Shown here piece by piece: positions 36,098 through 41,379 of a DNA stretch of 41,379 nt. This DNA comes from Alphaproteobacteria bacterium (GTDB lineage Bacteria; Pseudomonadota; Alphaproteobacteria; ATCC43930; CGMCC-115725): NCBI GenBank assembly GCA_018971215.1, contig JAGXBG010000001.1, positions 1 through 41,379 of the forward strand. The letters are read 5' to 3'. Below the pieces are notes generated by a model. It worked only from the letters and a program-made list of their open reading frames with translations, did not search any database and was not told where the DNA came from. Made by a program: the position numbers and the translations under genes. The first letter of the stretch is position 1, and the number at the start of each line of letters is the position of its first letter.

Positions 36098-37231
36098 CTA
36101 TAGCGCGACCGCCGGATTTTGCAAACCCCTGTGCGGCCGCGTCAGTGCCGCACCCAGCGCCAACGCATAGAACGGCAGCCACCAGAGCTGGTAGTTGTGG
36201 TGGGCGGTCGGTGCCGCCAGGATGACCGCTAAGGTCAAGGCCGCGGCCAGCGCCGAGCGCGCGGTCAGGTCCGGTGTGCGCCGCCAGACATGGACGGCGA
36301 CCGCCAGCGCGAACGCGACGACGATCGAGCGTGCAGCCACCGCGGCGCCTTCCGGCGCAAAGGCCAGCCAGCTCGTGCTGTCGGGCGGGCGGATGGCGTT
36401 GAACAGGACGATGTTGTCATAGAACGCGCCGGGTGCGGCAAGGGCGTACGGCAGGATCGGCAATAGACCGACAGCGATGCCCAAGGCATAGCGCAGCCGC
36501 GCGCCGTTGCCGGGCGGCAATAGGCAGGGCACGAACGCTACGCCCGGAAACAGCTTGGCGGCGATCGACAGGCCGATGCACAGGCCGGAGAGAAAAGCGC
36601 CGCGTTCGAAAGCGACGAATGCGAGAAGCAACGGAACGATCGCGGCGAGATCGGTCGTACCTTTGGCGAACAATTGCTGTGCCACAAGCGGCAGCGACAG
36701 GTAGAGCGCAGTGGCGATGACGCCCGCGGCGCGCGATCCGGCACGCCGGCCGAGGTGCAGCATCAGTGCGACCGCCGCTGCCTGGAGTAGTAGATTGGTG
36801 ATCAGGACGCCGCGCGCGCCGAACGTCAGGCCGAGCGGCAGATAGACCACCGGCATCACGGGCAGATATTTGTAGCCGGCGAAGGCGCCGCCCAACTCGC
36901 GATCGATCGGCAGCACGTAGGGGTTCTGTCCAGCCAACATCGCATGGCCGGCGGCAAGCGTCGTCGTCGCCATGTCGATCAGACGCGGGTGAATCAACCG
37001 CGTTGCACCATAGATCAGCTCGGCCGCCGCCAACGCGACGACGAGCGCGATCACGATCCGCGATGAATTTATCGCCGCAACGGGTCGGCGCAACGTTCGC
37101 AGCATGACGGGTACTGCGGCAAGCAGGGCGAGCAGCGCCAGGGCCTTCCACGGACCGGCTTCGTCCCAGTTGAAGATCTGGACCAGGCCGACGGCCAGCC
37201 AGAACGCCACCGCGGCGACCACACGCGCCAC
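36098..37231 (-). CDS. Polytopic membrane protein, DUF2029/GT87-like (GT-C glycosyltransferase candidate), protein C
   Basis: 377 aa, with roughly 10 or more hydrophobic helices. Loop DMATTTLAAGHAMLAGQNPYVLPIDRELGGAFAGYKYLPVMPVVYLPL resembles the D...G.NpY...Y.P signature of DUF2029/PimE-type polyprenol-phosphate-sugar transferases. The GTG start lies 2 nt after the purN stop. Confidence 0.65.
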   Translation of the reverse strand: MARVVAAVAFWLAVGLVQIFNWDEAGPWKALALLALLAAVPVMLRTLRRPVAAINSSRIVIALVVALAAAELIYGATRLIHPRLIDMATTTLAAGHAMLAGQNPYVLPIDRELGGAFAGYKYLPVMPVVYLPLGLTFGARGVLITNLLLQAAAVALMLHLGRRAGSRAAGVIATALYLSLPLVAQQLFAKGTTDLAAIVPLLLAFVAFERGAFLSGLCIGLSIAAKLFPGVAFVPCLLPPGNGARLRYALGIAVGLLPILPYALAAPGAFYDNIVLFNAIRPPDSTSWLAFAPEGAAVAARSIVVAFALAVAVHVWRRTPDLTARSALAAALTLAVILAAPTAHHNYQLWWLPFYALALGAALTRPHRGLQNPAVAL

Positions 37232-37233
37232 AG

Positions 37234-37878
37234 TCAGGCCACAGCGTCGAGGCGCACCGGACCCGGCCGGCCGTCGATCTCGACGTTGTCGCGCAGGACG
37301 CGCACCCGGCCTTCGGCGACTAGCCGCAGCGCCAGCGGATAGGCGCGATGCTCCACCGCAAGCACGCGCGCCGCGAGCTTGTCGGCATCGTCGCCTGGCA
37401 GCACCGGCACCGAGCCCTGCACGATGATCGGCCCGCTGTCGACCGCGTTGCGCACGAAATGGACGGTACAGCCGTGGCGTTTGACGCCGGCCGCAAGCGC
37501 GCGCGCATGGGTGTCGAGGCCGGGAAATTCCGGCAGCAGTGAAGGATGGATGTTGATCATGCGGTCATGCCAGGCGTCGATGAATCCGCTCCCGAGGATG
37601 CGCATGAAGCCGGCGAGGCAGACGAGCTCGACGCGTGCCTCCTTGAGCGCGCTGTCGAGCGCCGCGTCGAAGGCGTCACGATCGGCGAAGTCGCGGTAAG
37701 CAACGACCCGCGTCGGGATCTTGGCGCGCGTCGCGCGTTCAAGGCCCTGAGCATCGGCGCGATTGGAAATCACCAGGACGATCTCGGCCGGATAGCCGCC
37801 CACCGCGCACGCGTCGATCAGCGCCTGAAGGTTGGAGCCGCGGCCGGAGATCAGCACGCCGGTCCTCAACCGGGCCAC
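37234..37878 (-). CDS. purN: Phosphoribosylglycinamide formyltransferase
   Basis: 214 aa. [21 protein letters not shown], and GCTVHFV. The GTG start overlaps the purM 3' end. Confidence 0.95.
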   Translation of the reverse strand: MARLRTGVLISGRGSNLQALIDACAVGGYPAEIVLVISNRADAQGLERATRAKIPTRVVAYRDFADRDAFDAALDSALKEARVELVCLAGFMRILGSGFIDAWHDRMINIHPSLLPEFPGLDTHARALAAGVKRHGCTVHFVRNAVDSGPIIVQGSVPVLPGDDADKLAARVLAVEHRAYPLALRLVAEGRVRVLRDNVEIDGRPGPVRLDAVA

Positions 37879-38939
37879 GCGCGCTCCGTATTGACGAGAT
37901 GGGCGCTAGCCTCGCCCGCGCCTTTGACGATGCAGCCGATACGATGGACGCGCTCTCCGGCTTGGGTCAGAACGCGCGCAACGGCATCGACTTGCGCCGG
38001 CGCGACGACAGCGACCATGCCGATGCCGCAGTTGAATGTGCGCGCCATCTCGGCGCGCGCGATGCCGGCGGTGTGCGTCAGCCAGGCGAAGACGGGCGGT
38101 AGCGTCCAGGTGGCGGCATCGATCTCGGCAGCGAGACCATCGGGCAGCACGCGCGGAATGTTCTCGACCAAACCGCCGCCGGTGATATGCGCATAGGCCT
38201 TGACGCCGCCGGCCTTGAGCGCCGCCAGGCACGGCTTCACGTAGAGCCGCGTCGGCCGCAGCAGCTCGTCGGCTAGGCTATGCGAGGCGGCGAACGGCGC
38301 CGGCGCGGTATATGACAGCCCAGCCTCCTCGACGACGCGGCGCACCAGCGAGAAGCCGTTGGAATGAAGACCGTCGGATTCGAGTCCGAGCACGATATCG
38401 CCGGCCACGACGTTCGCGCCGTCGAGCACCTGGTCGCGTTCGACCGCGCCCACCGCGAAGCCCGCCAGATCGTAGTCGCCGGCGGCATACATGCCGGGCA
38501 TCTCGGCGGTTTCGCCGCCGATCAGCGCGCAACCGACCGCGCCGCAAGCAGCCGCGATGCCTTTGACGATGGTCGTCGCCTGCGCGACGGCCAACTTGCC
38601 GGTTGCGAAGTAGTCGAGGAAGAAGAGGGGCTCGGCGCCCTGGACGACGAGATCGTTCACGCACATCGCCACCAAATCGACGCCGATCGCGTCGTGCTTG
38701 TTGGCCGCGATGGCGACTTTGAGTTTGGTGCCGACGCCGTCGGTGGTGGCGACCAGGATCGGATCGCGATAACCCGCCGCCTTGAGATCGAACAGCGCGC
38801 CGAAGCCGCCGAGTCCGGCCGCGGTGCCAGCACGCGCCGTCGCCTTGGCAAAGGGCTTGATGGCCTCGACCAGCGCATCGCCGGCGTCGATGTCGACTCC
38901 GGCGTCGCGGTAGCTGCGACTCTTCTTGGGGTCTGCCAT
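37866..38939 (-). CDS. purM: Phosphoribosylformylglycinamidine cyclo-ligase (AIR synthetase)
   Basis: 357 aa. [24 protein letters not shown], and [11 protein letters not shown]. Confidence 0.96.
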   Translation of the reverse strand: MADPKKSRSYRDAGVDIDAGDALVEAIKPFAKATARAGTAAGLGGFGALFDLKAAGYRDPILVATTDGVGTKLKVAIAANKHDAIGVDLVAMCVNDLVVQGAEPLFFLDYFATGKLAVAQATTIVKGIAAACGAVGCALIGGETAEMPGMYAAGDYDLAGFAVGAVERDQVLDGANVVAGDIVLGLESDGLHSNGFSLVRRVVEEAGLSYTAPAPFAASHSLADELLRPTRLYVKPCLAALKAGGVKAYAHITGGGLVENIPRVLPDGLAAEIDAATWTLPPVFAWLTHTAGIARAEMARTFNCGIGMVAVVAPAQVDAVARVLTQAGERVHRIGCIVKGAGEASAHLVNTERAWPG

Positions 38940-39000
38940 TCGCGCGCTTTCTACGCCAGGACGGCGGCGATGAAAAGCCCAGCCATGGTAAAGTGGCGCA

Positions 39001-40176
39001 ATGAAAGCGCCCGCCCGGGCGGCCGCGGTTTGGCTCGCCGGCTTCTGCAGCTTCCTCGACCTGTACGCGCCGCAATCGATTCTGCCGATGATCCGCGACC
39101 TTTATGGGGTCGATGCGGTCGTGGCCAGTCACATGATCAGCTCCACTACCGTGGCGGTCGCGATCATCGCGCCGTTCACCGGCGCCGGCGCCGACCTGAT
39201 TGGTCGCAAACGCGTGATCGTCACCGCGATGGTCGCCTTGATCGTCCCGACGGTAATGATCGCACTGTCGACGACGCTGCCGGCCATGGTGTTCTGGCGC
39301 TTCGTCCAGGGCCTGTTGTTGCCGCCGATCTTTGTCGTCACCGTCGCCTATATCGGCGACGAGGTGCCCATTGCCGAGGCGACAGGTGTCGCCGGCATCT
39401 ACCTGTCGGGCAGCTGCTTCGGCGGCTTCTTCGGCCGCTTCCTGTGCGGCATCCTGGTCGAGCCCTATGGCATCCGTGGCGCGTTCCTGGGCCTTGCCGC
39501 CTTGACCGCGGTTGCCGCAGTCGGCGTCATGGCGTTGATGCCGCGCGAACGCCAGTTCGTGCCGAGCGCCGGCCCGGCACACGCGTTGCGCCACATTCTC
39601 GCGCACGTCTTCGATCCGCAACTCGACGCCATCTTCGCTGTTGGTTTCGGCGTGCTGTTCTCGTTCGTCGCCACCTTCACCTATGTGAATTTCCATCTCG
39701 CCGCGCCGCCGTTCGATCTATCGGCGGCGGCGCTTGGCACAATCTTCCTCGTCTATCTCGTCGGCGTCACGACGACGCCGCTGGCCGGGCGGCTGGTACG
39801 GCGCTTCGGCCGTCGGCGTCTGGTGCTTGGCGTTCTCGGTATTTGGATTTGCGGCCTGTTGCTGACGTTGACTGGCAGCCTGTGGGTCATCGTCGCCGGA
39901 CTGGCGGTCGGCGCCGGTTGCGGCTTCATCGTGCAGACCGCGGCGACGGCGTCAGTTGCGGTCTCGGCACAACGCGCGCGCTCGTCAGCGGTCGGTCTCT
40001 ATGTCACCTGCTACTACGTTGGCGGCAGTATCGGCGCGGTGCTGCCGGGCTATGCATGGAATCGCGCTGGCTGGCCGGGATGCGTCGCTATCGTCATCGC
40101 GATGCTGGTGCTGTTGGCGGCGATCGTGCTGCGCTTCTGGCGCGAGCGGCCGGCTCAGGCGAGACCCGAGCGGTAA
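39001..40176 (+). CDS. MFS transporter
   Basis: 391 aa with about 12 hydrophobic helices. MFS loop motif [12 protein letters not shown] between TM2 and TM3. Divergent from purM. Confidence 0.85.
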   Translation: MKAPARAAAVWLAGFCSFLDLYAPQSILPMIRDLYGVDAVVASHMISSTTVAVAIIAPFTGAGADLIGRKRVIVTAMVALIVPTVMIALSTTLPAMVFWRFVQGLLLPPIFVVTVAYIGDEVPIAEATGVAGIYLSGSCFGGFFGRFLCGILVEPYGIRGAFLGLAALTAVAAVGVMALMPRERQFVPSAGPAHALRHILAHVFDPQLDAIFAVGFGVLFSFVATFTYVNFHLAAPPFDLSAAALGTIFLVYLVGVTTTPLAGRLVRRFGRRRLVLGVLGIWICGLLLTLTGSLWVIVAGLAVGAGCGFIVQTAATASVAVSAQRARSSAVGLYVTCYYVGGSIGAVLPGYAWNRAGWPGCVAIVIAMLVLLAAIVLRFWRERPAQARPER

Positions 40177-40302
40177 GTCCGATCGAGCGGCGCACGGCCG
40201 CTGCCGGTGACGATCAGGATCGGCGATGCCGCGGCCATGGTTCCTTTTGCGCTGTTCCCTTCGACACGCCAGACTATGCCGAGATTGAACCGGGAGGTCG
40301 TC

Positions 40303-41154
40303 ATGCATGCCGCCGCGGCAATTGCGACGGTCATGACCGGGATGCTGCTGAGCGTGCCGGTCAATGCGGCGTCATGGAGCGATCCGACGATCGCGCCAAC
40401 GGCCGGTCCAGCGCAAGTCATCGGCCGGCCGTGGAACGGCTGCCTCGCCGGCGCCGTTTCGCTGCCCTGGGACGGGCCTGGGTTCGAGGTGCTGCGCCCA
40501 GCGGAGCATCGCTATTTTGGCCATCCGGAGACTGTTGGATTCGTCGAACGGCTCGGACGCGAAGCGCACGCCGCCGGTCTGCCGAATTTCTACGTCGGCG
40601 ACATGGCGCAGCCGCGCGGCGGGCCGATGTCGTCCAATCACGTGTCGCACGAGACCGGCATCGACGTGGACATCTGGTTCACACTCGACACCGTGCCCGG
40701 CTTGCCGGTCGCCGACCGCACGACGCTCGAGCCGCCGCCGATGGTGCTCGCCGATCAGAGCGCGATTGATCCGGCGCAATTCGGACCGCACCAGGTGACG
40801 TTGCTGCGCCTGGCGGCAAGCGATCCGCTGGTCGATCGCATCTTCGTCAATCCAGCGATCAAAGAGGCGCTATGCCATGGCTATGGCGGTGCCGGGCAGG
40901 GTGACCGCACCTGGCTCGAGCGCGTGCGCCCGTGGTACGGCCACAAGGCGCATTTCCATGTGCGCCTGAAATGCCCGCCGGGCTCGCTGCTATGCGTCGC
41001 GCAGCCGCTCGTGCCGCCAGGCGATGGTTGCGACCCGGCGATCTTCGCTTGGTGGGCGCAGGAGCTGAGCAAGCCCAAGCCGCCGACGCCGGCAGTGCCA
41101 CCCGCGCGGCCGCCGCTGCCGGCCGCCTGCACGGCGCTATCGCCGGCTAACTAG
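40303..41154 (+). CDS. mepA: Penicillin-insensitive murein endopeptidase (peptidase M74)
   Basis: 283 aa from ATG 40303 (RBS GGGAGG). Signal peptide MHAAAAIATVMTGMLLSVPVNAAS. Zinc-site motifs HVSHETGIDVDIW and GHKAHFHVRLKCP. Confidence 0.88.
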   Translation: MHAAAAIATVMTGMLLSVPVNAASWSDPTIAPTAGPAQVIGRPWNGCLAGAVSLPWDGPGFEVLRPAEHRYFGHPETVGFVERLGREAHAAGLPNFYVGDMAQPRGGPMSSNHVSHETGIDVDIWFTLDTVPGLPVADRTTLEPPPMVLADQSAIDPAQFGPHQVTLLRLAASDPLVDRIFVNPAIKEALCHGYGGAGQGDRTWLERVRPWYGHKAHFHVRLKCPPGSLLCVAQPLVPPGDGCDPAIFAWWAQELSKPKPPTPAVPPARPPLPAACTALSPAN

Positions 41155-41180
41155 ATCAAACGGCGTAACGCATCCCGCTT

Positions 41181-41210
41181 GCCTGTCGGCAGGCTTGGCC
41201 TTCTTTTTTG
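41181..41210 (+). terminator. Weak hairpin plus T-tract downstream of mepA
   Basis: GCCTG-TCGG-CAGGC (41181-41194) followed by TTGGCCTTCTTTTTT. The stem is short and separated from the T-run. Confidence 0.3.
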
Positions 41211-41267
41211 CGCGCGGGGTAGAAAAGGCCGGGGCGGCCGCTCTATGGTGTCGGCCGCGAGGCACCC

Positions 41268-41379
41268 GTGACCATTCCATTTTCGCAGCCGTTCGACGAA
41301 TTTGCGCGCGTCTTCGCCGACGCCAAGGCCACGGAACCGTCGGAGCCCGAGGCGGCGACGCTGGCGACATCAACGCGCG
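41268..41379 (+). CDS. pdxH: Pyridoxamine 5'-phosphate oxidase, 5' end (runs off the window)
   Basis: The GTG at 41268 (GAGG 6 nt upstream) opens VTIPFSQPFDEFARVFADAKATEPSEPEAATLATSTR..., which resembles the PdxH N-terminus (PF..F..w...A...e...p.A..LAT). Confidence 0.6.
   Translation, partial: MTIPFSQPFDEFARVFADAKATEPSEPEAATLATSTR

Noticed and set aside
38364-40769. The longest ORF in the track (801 aa, + strand), spanning the purM antisense region, the intergenic region and the MFS gene.
   Set aside because: It is extremely Arg/Gly/Ala/Pro/Asp-rich with no recognisable domain. It runs antisense to the well-supported purM and out of frame through the well-supported MFS gene. This is a typical high-GC shadow ORF.
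1-41379. A search of the whole window for tRNA, rRNA, CRISPR arrays, IS elements, integrases and toxin-antitoxin pairs.
   Set aside because: I saw no T-loop/acceptor-like tRNA signatures, no spaced direct repeats, no terminal inverted repeats and no transposase- or integrase-like ORFs. All sizeable intergenic regions are under 180 nt.

Overview
High-GC chromosomal segment whose gene order matches the conserved alphaproteobacterial (Rhizobiales/Hyphomicrobiales-type) housekeeping backbone. In order: purF-cvpA-radA, alr-dnaB, rplI-rpsR-rpsF, fabD-fabG-acpP-fabF-mltG, yicC-gmk, ksgA-pdxA-surA-lptD-lptG-lptF, pepA-holC, ndk, purN-purM, an MFS transporter, mepA and the start of pdxH. I support about 44 protein-coding features, most tightly packed or translationally coupled. 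I saw no rRNA, tRNA, CRISPR array, transposase or integrase. Many of the long ORFs in the six-frame track are Arg/Gly/Pro/Ala-rich shadows of real genes, as expected for high-GC DNA. Several real genes start well inside their longest ORF, and some use GTG or TTG. The backbone is interrupted by small accessory islets with no visible mobility signatures: (1) orphan mlaE-mlaF between alr and radA; (2) cfa plus an aldo/keto reductase between rplI and dnaB; (3) a Rieske oxygenase alpha/beta pair coupled to a Bcp-type peroxiredoxin between rpsF and fabD; (4) two large uncharacterised polytopic membrane proteins between lptF and pepA; (5) a DUF2029/GT87-like membrane protein plus an unlisted 39-codon membrane peptide between purN and ndk. 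The best candidate for an undescribed system is the set of three GT-C-like membrane proteins around the LPS-transport genes, especially the translationally coupled pair at 30107-33468. I read these as a possible periplasmic envelope-glycan or lipid-modification module. This is inference from architecture and context only. A decayed sensor histidine kinase lies at the left edge.
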